This document shows positions 12,505 through 24,100 of a stretch of 64,000 nt of DNA, piece after piece. The notes under the pieces were generated by a model that worked only from the letters and a program-made list of their open reading frames with translations, was not told the origin of the DNA and searched no databases. Location: positions 1 through 64,000 of the forward strand of contig NIVC01000650.1 of NCBI GenBank assembly GCA_002269645.1, written 5' to 3'. Position 1 is the stretch's first letter; every line of letters starts with the position of its first letter. Source of the DNA: Macrostomum lignano. Its lineage: Eukaryota. The position numbers and the translations under genes were made by a program.

Positions 12505-14502
12505 CCGCAATGCTCTTTATTTTATGATCCGCAAAAGGTTTGTGACATCCACACTTATGGGCGTTACCCTCACCCGGGCGGTGATGAAAGGCGGCCCGCA
12601 AGGTGGCGTGCTAACTCCACTTCTCTGGAATCTCGTCATGGACGAACTTCTAACCGCTGACATTCCCAGCAGTATCACCAGGGCGGGCTACGCCGATGAC
12701 GTTGCCGCGGTCGTCAGCGGACCCGACCCCGCCACTCTGCGCAACCTGATGCAGCAATTCGCCGACAAGGCGGCCGACTGGGCTACACAGCATGGCCTAA
12801 AAATCAGCGTCACTAAGACTGTCGCTGTCGTTTTCACCAAGCGCCGTAAGTGGGAGATGAAAAACCTCACTGTCTATGGCAGAAACATCCCCTTCAAGAA
12901 GGAGGTCAAATACCTCGGTGTGACGCTAACGCATGACCTGCGCTGGACGAAGCACCTTGATAACGTCATCGGTCGGGCAAAACGCTGCTTTGCCCAGCTG
13001 CGCAGAGCCATCGGGCCGACTTGGGGCCTCTCGCCTAGAACGGTCCGTTGGATTTATACCGGCATCATCCGGCCCAGTATCACATACGCGAGTCTCATCT
13101 GGACTAGCGTGCTGGAGCAGAAGGCCGCCCGTCAGCGGCTGTACCAGCTTCAGGGCAGCATTTGCCGTGCCATCACAGGTGCGTACCCGTCCACCCCTTA
13201 CGAGGGGCTGAACACTATCCTTAACCTACCTCCGCTTCACCTATTTATTAGGGCGGAGGCTATGAAGTCTGCCTCCCGGCTTATCAGAGATAAAACGTTA
13301 AATAACGCGCCCTCTGGCTTTATGCCAATGAAAACATTAATCCCGCATATGGACTTTGTCCGCCGCGACCTTAACAACATCCACATGGACCTGGGCAATG
13401 TGGATAGTCGACCTCCCGCCCTCAACATCAGGAGGGGCTTCAAGACCGCCATCCCTGGCCGAGACAACATTCCGCTGGATGTCGGTGTGAACCGGCGCAG
13501 CCAGGGCATTCACTGCTTCACCGACGGCTCGCTGTTCAACGGCCGCGCTAGAGCGGGTATTGCCATTTTCCACGAGGGTAAGATGCTTCTCCAGGAAAGT
13601 CTGCACCTCGGTGAGAACACCTCAGTTTTCCAAGCTGAAATTTGCGCCATTGAGCAGTGTGCCCAGCAACTGTTTCAGGCGAACATTAATAATTTTGACA
13701 TTAATTTCTACACTGATAGCCAAGCTGCTATTAAGGCCTTAACCACTGAGAATATCTCCGCTGCTACAGTATCTCAATGCCACCGCAGTGTGCAATCTCT
13801 CTCAGTCCTTAACAGGATTAGAATTATCTGGACACCTGGTCACAGCAACATCCTGGGCAACGAGCTCGCGGACTCTCTCGCCAAGGAGGGCAGCAACCCA
13901 GACGGCAACCACCGTCTGATGAGGCTACCCACCCCCAGGTCGCAAGTCACCCGCCATATCAACAGGTGGCTCCATCAGCAGCACCAGCTCCACTGGAACA
14001 GCTGCACCGAGTACAGGCAGAGCCGCTCTGCCATGCCTAACCTGAACAGGAAAGTCTCTGATTATCTGATTTCGCTTAACAGAACCGACCTCAGGGAGAT
14101 GTGCATGGTCCTAACCGGCCACGGATTCTTCCAGAGACATATATCGTTGCAAACCGGTTGCCCTCCCACCTGTCCCTTCTGTGGCATAGGAGAGGAGACC
14201 GCGGAGCATCACGTCACCTTCTGCCCTTACTTCAACAAGGCGCGGCACAAATACCTCGGCCACCCCCAGCGGATGGACGAGCTGACCACCGCGGACAATA
14301 TCCGAGACCTCCGCGCCTTCGTCCGGGACTCCGGCCGGATGAGGGTCGCCGATGCCTCCACTGCGGACCTGCCGACTACTGGCGGGGACTGGGCGCACCC
14401 CCAAGGCTAATCCTTGTGCTCTTTTACCTTGGGGTTGCGATAGGGGCCTCGCGGCCTATTCGCGGCGCCTGCGCCCCCCGTCAGTAGTAAGTAGTAAGTA
14501 AG
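12505..14502 (+). mobile_element. 5'-truncated non-LTR retrotransposon (R1/Loa-like) with RT C-terminal half, RNase H and Cys/His tail; open ORF 12500-14410
   Basis: [21 protein letters not shown], RNase H ([31 protein letters not shown]) and CPFC..ETAEH..TFC. 3' tail of AGTA repeats. Candidate TSD TAATGCT at 12498-12504 and 14503-14509. Confidence 0.93.
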
Positions 14503-15478
14503 TAATGCTTAGCTAATATAAAAACGCGAGCGTGTGTGCGCGGAATAACCACGGTCACAGAAGAGGAGTCTTGCTGCGGAACCACGGATTCTGTCTGGTG
14601 CTAGGGTCGTATATATATTAAGCTATGCAAATAGCAATTGCTAATTTCTAATTAATAATTGAGCTATCTATAACTTTCCTTATTGATTATTGTTAATGTA
14701 TTGAGCCTTTGTAAATAAATTAAATACAATATTATAACATTACAAAAAGCCATTTTGATTTTATTTTGATACAAATCTTGAGAATGGTTATTAACATTAG
14801 GGCCTAATTGCAATAAAAGAGCAATATAAAAAATAGTAATGGATGGAAATTTGGTTTTGATTTAAATAATATTTCAAATTTTGAACCTTATTTTGTATTA
14901 AAATAATTTCAATTTCAAAGTTTAACACTATTCATTGAAAATCTAATATACTAAAAATGAAATGCTTGGTTGCTTGCTTGTAATTGATTTTCTCCCGAAC
15001 GGCTCAACCGATTTTCTTCAAACTTGCACCATTCGATCAGAAATTTTCCCGGGACGGTACATGCATATTGGCTAAGAAATTGCTCAATGTTAAAGGGATT
15101 AAATATTCGAAAAACATGATTTTTTGCAAAGGTCAAGCAGCTCTTTCGACCTGAAATGCATTGTAAGAATGCTAGAGAAAAATCTGACTGGTTGAATTCT
15201 GATTCTGAAATAGATTGCATCACAATACACTTTATTTATCGTCTGTGTACTGGCTGAATTTGACCCTCAATTGAATTGCGTCACAGCTTTGAGGGTGAAA
15301 GTATAGTGCAGTACTGAATTTATATTACGTAACCATATTGTTAACTTTCATAGACACTGGTACTGACTTGCCTAAGAAATTGATTATGTCATAACTGCTT
15401 CGTGAGACTTTTTACTCTACCTGACTTGGTGTGAGTGTTGAATTATATAAGTGGTACAAATTCACTGATAACTTCGAT

Positions 15479-15547
15479 GAGAGCTAGCCTAGAGCTGAGC
15501 AGACCAGACTGCTAATGCAGCGACCTGGGTTCGAATCTAAGTAGTTT
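15479..15547 (+). other. tRNA-derived (SINE-head-like) motif with Pol III A- and B-box-like sequences; not an intact tRNA
   Basis: TAGCCTAGAG (A-box-like, 15485-15494), GACTGCTAAT (anticodon-loop-like) and GGTTCGAATC (B-box, 15528-15537). Diverged copies at 17533-17592 and, inverted, near 49830-49895. Confidence 0.5.
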
Positions 15548-15610
15548 AAAAGTAGTAGTGTAAAATTTTTTATTAAAAGCTTTTATTAAAGGACTAAATA
15601 AAAACACTTA

Positions 15611-17245
15611 GATTACTGCACTCGATAAGCTAAGGATTATTGCTCTTGGCAAACCAAGGAATACTGCACTCGATAAGCCAAGGATTATTGCTCTTGGCAA
15701 ACCAAGGATTACTGCACTCGATAAGCCATGGATTATTGCTATTAATAAACCAAGGATTACTGCACTCGATAAGCCAAGGATTATTGCTATTAATAAACCA
15801 AGGATTACTGCACTCGATAAGCCAAGGACTATTGCTATTAATAAACCAAGGATTACTGCACTCAATAAACCAAGGACTATTGCTCTTGGCAAACCAAGGA
15901 TTACTGCACTCGATAAGCCAAGGATTATTGCTATTAATAAACCAAGGATTATGCACTTGGCAAACCAAGGATTACTGCACTCGATAAGCCAAGGATTATT
16001 GCTATTAATAAACCAAGGATTACTGCACTCAATAATCCAAGGACTATTGCTATTAATAAACCAAGGATTACTGCACTCAATAAACCAAGGACTATTGCTC
16101 TTGGCAAACCAAGGATTACTGCACTCGATAAACCAAGGATTATGCACTTGGCAAACCAAGGATTACTGCACTCGATAAGCCAAGGATTATTGCTATTAAT
16201 AAACCAAGGATTACTGCACTCAATAAACCAAGGACTATTGCTATTAATAAACCAAGGATTACTGCACTCAATAAACCAAGGACTATTGCTCTTGGCAAAC
16301 CAAGGATTACTGCACTCGATAAGCCATGGATTATTGCTATTAATAAACCAAGGATTACTGCACTCGATAAGCCAAGGATTATTGCTATTAATAAACCAAG
16401 GATTACTGCACTCGATAAGCCAAGGATTATTGCTATTAATAAACCAAGGATTATGCACCTGGCAAACCAAGGATTACTGCACTCGATAAGCCAAGGATTA
16501 TTGCTCTTGGCAAACCAAGGATTACTGCACTCGATAAGCCATGGATTATTGCTATTAATAAACCAAGGATTACTGCACTCAATAAACCAAGGACTATTGC
16601 TCTTGGCAAACCAAGGATTACTGCACTCGATAAACCAAGGATTATGCACTTGGCAAACCAAGGATTACTGCACTCGATAAGCCAAGGATTATTGCTATTA
16701 ATAAACCAAGGATTACTGCACTCAATAAACCAAGGACTATTGCTATTAATAAACCAAGGATTACTGCACTCAATAAACCAAGGACTATTGCTCTTGGCAA
16801 ACCAAGGATTACTGCACTCGATAAGCCATGGATTATTGCTATTAATAAACCAAGGATTACTGCACTCGATAAGCCAAGGATTATTGCTATTAATAAACCA
16901 AGGATTACTGCACTCGATAAGCCAAGGATTATTGCTATTAATAAACCAAGGATTATGCACCTGGCAAACCAAGGATTACTGCACTCGATAAGCCAAGGAT
17001 TATTGCTATTAATAAACCAAGGATTACTGCACTCGATAAGGCATGGATTATTGCTATTAATAAACCAAGGATTACTGCACTCGATAAGCCAAGGATTATT
17101 GCTATTAATAAACCATGAATTACTGCACTCGATAAGCCAAGGATTATTGCTATTAATAAACCAAGGATTACTGCACTCGATAAGCCATGGATTATTGCTA
17201 TTAATAAACCAAGGATTACTGCACTCGATAGCCAAGGATTACTGC
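15611..17245. repeat. 48-bp satellite (two 24-bp CCAAGGATT half-units) with a 502-bp higher-order repeat
   Basis: Unit CCAAGGATTACTGCACTCGATAAG-CCAAGGATTATTGCTATTAATAAA. The diagnostic ATGCAC(T/C)TGGC variant occurs at 15951, 16142, 16453, 16644 and 16955. Confidence 0.95.
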
Positions 17246-17249
17246 GCTT

Positions 17250-17490
17250 GATAAGCTTGGCTACATGTATAGGATTATTTCTATCCAGGGATGCTTGCTA
17301 TTTAGGGATTCTTGCTATGTGCAGGATGCTTGCTATCTGGAAGGATGCTTCTACATTATTTGGGGTATGCTTGCTATCTGCAAGATGCTTGCTATCTGCA
17401 AGATGCTTGCTATCTGCAGATGCTTGCTATCTGGGTGGATGCTTGCTAGGAGTATTAGGGGATGCTTGCTACTGGGGGGATGCTTGCTGT
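17250..17490. repeat. Degenerate 18-20-bp repeat (GATGCTTGCTATCTG core)
   Basis: About 10 diverged units directly after the 48-bp array. Confidence 0.75.
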
Positions 17491-17651
17491 CTTGGGAATA
17501 TTTTCTATTTAGGGGTAATGACTAAAATTCATGAGAGCTAGCCTAGAGGTAAACAGACTAAACTGCTAAATGCAGGGACGATGGTTCGAATTTTTAGAGA
17601 GTAGAGTTTTTTTAATTAAAGCCTTTTAACGCCAAGACAAAAAAAATTATG

Positions 17652-18560
17652 GAAGCGTCATGTAAACAATCATACAAGCGTCATGTAAACAATCATAGAA
17701 GCGTCATGTAAACAATCATAGAAGCGTCATGTAAAAATCATAGAAGCGTCATGTAAAAATCATAGAAGCGTAATGTAAACAATCATAGAAGCGTCATGTT
17801 AAAATCATAAAAGCGTCATGTAAACAATCATACAAGCGTCATGTAAACAATCATAGAAGCGTCATGTAAAAAAATCATAGAAGCGTCATGTTAAAATCAT
17901 AAAAGCGTCATAAAAAATCATAGAAGCGTCATGCAAGCAATCATAGAAGCGTAATGTAAACAATCATAGAAGCGTCATGTTAAAATCATACAAGCGTCAT
18001 GTAAACAATCATACAAGCGTCATGTAAACAATCATAGAAGCGTCATGTAAAAAAATCATAGAAGCGTCATGTTAAAATCATAGAAGCGTCATGTAAACAA
18101 TCATAGAAGCGTCATGTAAACAATCATAGAAGCGTCATGTAAAAATCATAGAAGCGTCATGTAAACAATCATAGAAGCGTCATGTAAACAATCATAGAAG
18201 CGTCATGTAAACAATCATAGAAGCGTCATGTATACAATCATAGAAGCGTCATGTAAACAATCATAGAAGCGTCATGTAAAAAATCATAGAAGCGTCATGT
18301 AAAAATCATAGAAGCGTCATGTAAAAATCATAGAAGCGTCATGTAAAAATCATAGAAGCGTCATGTAAAAATCATAGAAGCGTCATGTAAAAAATCATAG
18401 AAGCGTCATGTAAAAATCATAAAAGCGTCATGTAAAAAATCATAGAAGCGTCATGTAAACAATCATACAAGCGTCATGTAAACAATCATAGAAGCGTCAT
18501 GTAAAAATCATACAAGCGTCATGTAAACAAGCATAGAAGCGTCATGAAAAAATTATAGAA
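17652..18560. repeat. 21-23-bp satellite (ATCATAGAAGCGTCATGTAAACA)n, about 40 units
   Basis: Reverse complement of the array at 46780-49775. Confidence 0.97.
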
Positions 18561-19553
18561 GCCTCATATAAAAACTAATGAAAGTGTGTCATTTAAAAAA
18601 TTATAGAAGCCTCATATAAAAACTAATGAAAGTGTGTCATTTAAAAAATTAAGAAGCATCATGGAAGAATAAAAGAAGCGTAACGTAAAAATCAAAAGAA
18701 GCTTCATGTCAGACATGTCAGTCATAAAAATTAAATGAAGCTATAGTGCTGTGCTGGGGAGAATCACTGAGACGTTAAGGCTCACAGAGAATAACTGAGA
18801 TTACAGGGGGGTTTCTGAGATGTTAAAGCAAAAGTCAGAAGCTACTTCAAAGTACATGTACTTTACTTAAGTTTTTTTATTGCATTCTTTGTTGGCTTGC
18901 CACGGTGGGGGGGGGCGCTGATAGAAGAAGAGTCATGTAAAAATAAAAGGAGCACTATGTATACATAAAATAAAAGTCATGTCAAAGTTAAAAGATTTAT
19001 TTGGGAATTGCTACGATGTCAAAGCTTGGAGGGAATCGTTATAGTGCTGTGATTCTGAAAGAAGGAATCACTTAAATGCCAAGGCTTAGGGAAGAAGAAT
19101 TGCTGTGATTTCAAGGCTTTAGGTTGGGTAAAAGTTAGGTTTACGTCAGGTTTGGGTTGAGGGTTAGATTTTAGCGCGTTTCAAGGTTAACAGGGGATTT
19201 TTTAGATTTCAAGGTTTATGGGGGCATCGCCGACATGTCAAGGCTTACGAGGGGAATCTATCTATCTATCTATCTATAGCTGAGATGTCAAGGCTCACGG
19301 GGGAATAAATGAGATGTCAAGGCTAATGTCAGAAGCTACATGTAGTTTATTGGAAAAAAGTTATTACATTATTTGTTGGCTCCTCACGGGAGGGATCGCT
19401 GATAGAAAAAGCGTAATGTAAAAAAAAGAAGCTTCATGTCGAAGTTAAGAGATTCATTTGGGAATCCCTACGATGTCGAGGCTTGCAGGGAATCGCTTTA
19501 ATGCTGTAGTAGTGCTATAGACTCTTAGAGAGAATTACTGAGATTTCAATGCT

Positions 19554-19611
19554 TTAGGGTTAGGGTTAGGGTTAGGGTTAGGGTTAGGGTTAGGGTTAGG
19601 GTTAGGGTTAG
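19554..19611 (+). repeat. Interstitial telomeric repeat (TTAGGG)9
   Basis: Nine perfect units inside Helitron A; three units at the homologous position of copy B (45932-45950). Confidence 0.95.
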
Positions 19612-21170
19612 AAAGTAGACAGATTTTTTAAGATTTCAAGGCTTATGGGAGCATCGCTGAGATGTCAAGGGGGAGTTGATATGTTAAGGCTTGTGGGGGG
19701 GGGATTGCTGACATGTCAAGGCTTACACGGGTACTGGTAGCGTACTGAAGCATACTGGTAGAAGTAGCTCTGAAAGAAGGCAAGTATGGTTGAATTTCAA
19801 TGTCTGTTATAAAATTCTGCACAAACATGTTTTATTGGTACATAAGCCTGGAATTAAAATGAGAATTCGATTCCTAGCCCCCCTCCCTAAGAATTTTTTT
19901 TCATTTAAAAGGATTCGTCCCTTGCTTATTGGCCACCCCGAAGGGGGGCGCTAGATTGCTAGTCATTTCTAAATTTGGTTATGTTTTAACAATTAAGCAT
20001 TCGAGACCATGTTATATAAAAGAATCTATAGAAAGTGAAAAGAAGTGCAATTCACTGAAAGTAAAGAGGCAAGAATCACCTTTTTATATGGGCATATATA
20101 CAAGAACCATTGTGCACACAAATTTTTCTAGGCCTTGTGGTATACCCACCTCAACCTCTATAAAAGAAAGCACACTGGCTAAACTTATTAGCATAGATTT
20201 GAATTGGCTAAAGACTAAAAATCTTAACGAAATTGATATTTAAAGTCTCTTATAACATGAATTATAAAAGTCGTTCTATTCTAAGTACAATATATAATAT
20301 TAGCTTTTTCTATTTCATAGTTTTTAAGTAAGTAATTCCATGTATTTTGGTACAAAAACCAAGATATTTTATAAAAAAACATGTCAGCTTATACATGTAA
20401 ATGCAAGTTGTTAAACTTTTATTGTAAAATTTGCAAAAATTTGAAACTGTTTAACCCAAAAAGATTTTGATTCTGATTTAAATTTTTATTTTAATCTTAA
20501 ATTCAGTTTTAATACAAAAAAAAGTAATTTCATTCTTTCACTATAAAAAGTTGGCCAATTGTAGATAAGTAGAATTAGAAAGCATGTTAAAAGTATAGAA
20601 GATCAAGACAAACAACATATTTTATTATAGGATCTTAATTTAATAAGTTAGATAATAAACAAAGCCTTAATTGACTGTGATTTGATAGACATTAATTAAA
20701 CTAATAGATTGCAGCTTGAAATAAAATATTGATTATATTATAAGACTAGTTTAATATAGTGAGTAGGTTTTGTCTTTGATAGATTTTGGTTTTATATGGA
20801 GAATGCTAATAGATTTTTTTATTACAGAGCTACTATTTCTATGAAATATCATAATATATATGATAAATGATTTTTATGTTTCTATTTGAAAAAACTATAT
20901 ATAGATATTGATATTAATATGGAAACATGTTAAAGCTAAATTTTAATATTGGCATTTGTATGATATATGTATATTTTGAAATCATTTATAAAATATTTAA
21001 TTTAAGAATATCTTTACCATGGATTCTGTTCCTTGCAGATGTCTGTCTTGGAATTATATAATATATTTTCAAAATTTTGTCAACAGTTACAACAAATTTC
21101 AGAGACCTTAAATTAATGTGCTATTGATTTTGCATTAAAGATCAATATATAAACCTTTTCTGTCTGTAAG

Positions 21171-24100
21171 ATGTCAAGCCAGCTTGATAAAAGTTCAGTT
21201 GCATTGGTTGCCAAGTGCAAACCTGGATTATGGAGCAGGTAAATAAATTATAAATTATTTTTTTCAAATTAGTTTTAATTGTCGTGTATTGCTCTTAGGT
21301 TAGAAGTAAGATGTCCTTTGATTCTCAGACTGGGCTATCATCATCCTCTTAAATCCTCAGCTGCTTTGCAAACCTCCCATATCCTCAGTTGCTATGCCAG
21401 CCTCCCAGATCCTCAGTTGCTGTGCCAGCCTCCCAAATCCTCAGTTGCTGGGCCAGCCTCCCAGAGTGTCAGTTGCTGGGCCAGCCTCCCAGATCCTCAG
21501 TTGCTGGGCCAGCCTCCCAGATTATCAGTTGCTGGGCCAGCCTCCCAGATCCTCAGTTGCTGGGCCAGCCTCCCAGAGTGTCAGTTGCTGGGCCAGCCTC
21601 CCAAATCCTCAGTTGCTGGGCCAGCCTCCCAGAGTGTCAGTTGCTGGGCCAGCCTCCCAGATCCTCAGTTGCTGGGCCAGCCTCCCAGATCCCAGTTGCT
21701 GGGCCAGCCTCCCAGAGTGTCAGTTGCTGGGCCAGCCTCCCAGATCCTCAGTTGCTGGGCCAGCCTCCCAGATCCTCAGTTGCTGGGCCAGCCTCCCAGA
21801 TCCTCAGTTGCTTGGCCAGCCTCCCAGATCATCAGTTGCTGGGCCAGCCTCCCAGATCCTCAGTTGCTGAGCCAACCTCCCAGATCTTCAGTTGCTGGGC
21901 CAGCCTCCCAGATCCTCAGTTGCTGAGCCAACCTCCCAGATCCTCAGTTGCTGGCCCAGCCTCCCAGATCCTCAGTTGCTGGGCCAGCCTCCCAGATCCT
22001 CAGTTGCTGGGCCATCGCCGATCTTCAAGTTTAGTTACTTATTTTTTCACATGTATTTTATAATTTTTACGAGGAAACGGCAGGAGCAAGAGTAACTATA
22101 CCTTAGTGTTGAGTGAAAAAATGCTTCGTCATCTGATTAGTAGTGCTTCCATAATTCCATACTTATTTTCACCCCTCAGACAGGAACGCAAGCAGTGGAT
22201 GGGGTCCCTGCTGATTGGGTCGGCCTGCCTGTACCTGAGTCGCACCATCATGCCGCTGTGCAACGTGCCAATTAGCACCGAGCTCAACTGGAGCAAAAGT
22301 ACATCCGGTATGGTTCTTGGTGCATTCTTCTGGGGCTACACCTGTACTCAGTTTCTAGGCGGCTATTTAGCTGATCGAGTCGGCGGCGAGTTCGTTGTTA
22401 CCATGGCAGCATTTGGCTGGGCCGCTGTCACCATGGTACATCCACTGTTGCCATGGCTATCGGATGATCCAAGCGTTCTACTGTCGGCTTTCCTATTGTG
22501 CCGCGTGCTCACTGGCGCCTGCCAGGGCTTTCACTATCCCGGCATGAGCAGCCTCATGGCTCATCGGGTGCAGCTCAAAGAGCGAGCCTACACCTGGAGC
22601 GTCGGCAGCTGTGGAGCGCATGTTGGGTGAGCTGCGTAAATATCAAGATATGTCACTTGTAATTAAAATTTTGAAAAAAGCAGAGCGTCTACTCTTTTTT
22701 CCAGTAGTTTGTCTGCGCAGTGTAACTAAAATTTACATCTGAAATTTTCTTTCCATTCTCCGGGTTTGCGGCCTCAGGAGTATACTCGTATTGGGGTTAA
22801 GAATGAACTACAAGCATTCAACTCGATGTGTTAAAAACTTTAACATGGTGTATGAGTATATCAGTCATTGTAGTGACACCTCAGTCATTAGAGTCATTAA
22901 AGTGACACCTTAGTCATTAGAGTAGTGAAACCTCAGTCATTAGAGTAGTGACACCTCAGTCATTAGAGTAGTGACATCTCAGTCATTAGACTGACACCTT
23001 AGTCATTAGACTGACACATTAGTCATTAGAGTGACACCTCAGTCATTAGAGTGACACCTCAGTCATTAAAGTGACACCTCAGTCATTAGAGTGACACCTC
23101 AGTCGTTAGAGTAAAAGACTGACCCCTTAGTCTTTAGAGTAGTGACACCTCAGTCATTAGAGTAGTGACACCTCAGTCATTAGAGTAGTGACACCTCAGT
23201 CATTAGAGTAGTGACACCTCAGTCATTAGAGTAGTGACACCTCAGTCATTAGAGTAGTGACACCTCAGTCATTAGAGTAGTGACACCTCAGTCAGTAGAG
23301 TAGTGACACCTCAGTCATTAGAGTAGTGACACCTCAGTCATTAGAGTAGTGATATCTCAGTCATTAGAGTGACAACTCAGTCATTAGAGTGACACCTCAG
23401 TCATTAGAGTGACACCTCAGTCATTAAAGTGACACCTCAGTCATTAGAGTAAAAGACTGACCCCTTAGTCTTTAGAGTAGTGAAACCTCAGTCATTAGAG
23501 TAGTGACACCTCAGTCATTAGAGTAGTGACACCTCAGTCATTAGAGTAGTGACACCTCAGTCATTAGAGTAGTGACACCTCAGTCATTAGAGTAGTGGCA
23601 CCTCAGTCAGTAGAGTAGTGACACCTCAGTCATTAGAGTAGTGACACCTCAGTCATTAGAGTAGTGATATCTCAGTCATTAGAGTAGTGACACCTCAGTC
23701 AGTAGAGTAGTGACACCTCAGTCATTAGAGTAGTGATATCTCAGTCATTAGAGTGACACCTCAGTCATTAGAGTAAAAGACTGACCCCTAAGTCATTAGA
23801 GTAGTGACACCTCAGTCAGTAGAGTAGTGACACCTCAGTCAGTAGAGTAGTGACACCTCAGTCATTAGAGTAGTGATATCTCAGTCATTAGAGTGACACC
23901 TCAGTCATTAGAGTAAAAGACTGACCCCTAAGTCATTAGAGTAGTGACACCTCAGTCATTAGAGTAGTGACACCTCAGTCAGTAGAGTAGTGACACCTCA
24001 GTCATTAGAGTAGTGATATCTCAGTCATTAGAGTGACACCTCAGTCATTAGAGTAAAAGACTGACCCCTTAGTCTTTAGAGTAGTGACACCTCAGTCATT

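Larger units (their letters stand above)
14942..19962 (+). mobile_element. Non-autonomous Helitron, copy A (5.0 kb), carrying satellite arrays
   Basis: Starts A|TCTAATATACTAAAAATG. Has a Helitron-N-like motif AACGGCTCAACCGATTTTCTTCAAAC near 15000. Ends with the hairpin CCCCGAAGGGGGG then CTAG|T (19959-19963). Homologous in inverted orientation to 45708-50377. Confidence 0.78.

Noticed and set aside
14512-14604. A further mini-Helitron (CTAATATAAAAACGCG..GTGCTAG)
   Set aside because: No clear 3' hairpin and no second copy in the window.
15479-15547. Functional tRNA-Ser(GCT)
   Set aside because: The D-arm and anticodon stems do not pair properly; kept only as a tRNA-derived motif.
15608-17251. 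Many overlapping repetitive ORFs (NQGLLHS, NPWFIECS)
   Set aside because: By-products of a 48-bp unit length divisible by 3; no unique coding flanks.
21279-22063. 158-224-aa Pro/Gln/Ser-rich ORFs in all three frames
   Set aside because: The 28-bp minisatellite inside SLC17A9 intron 1.
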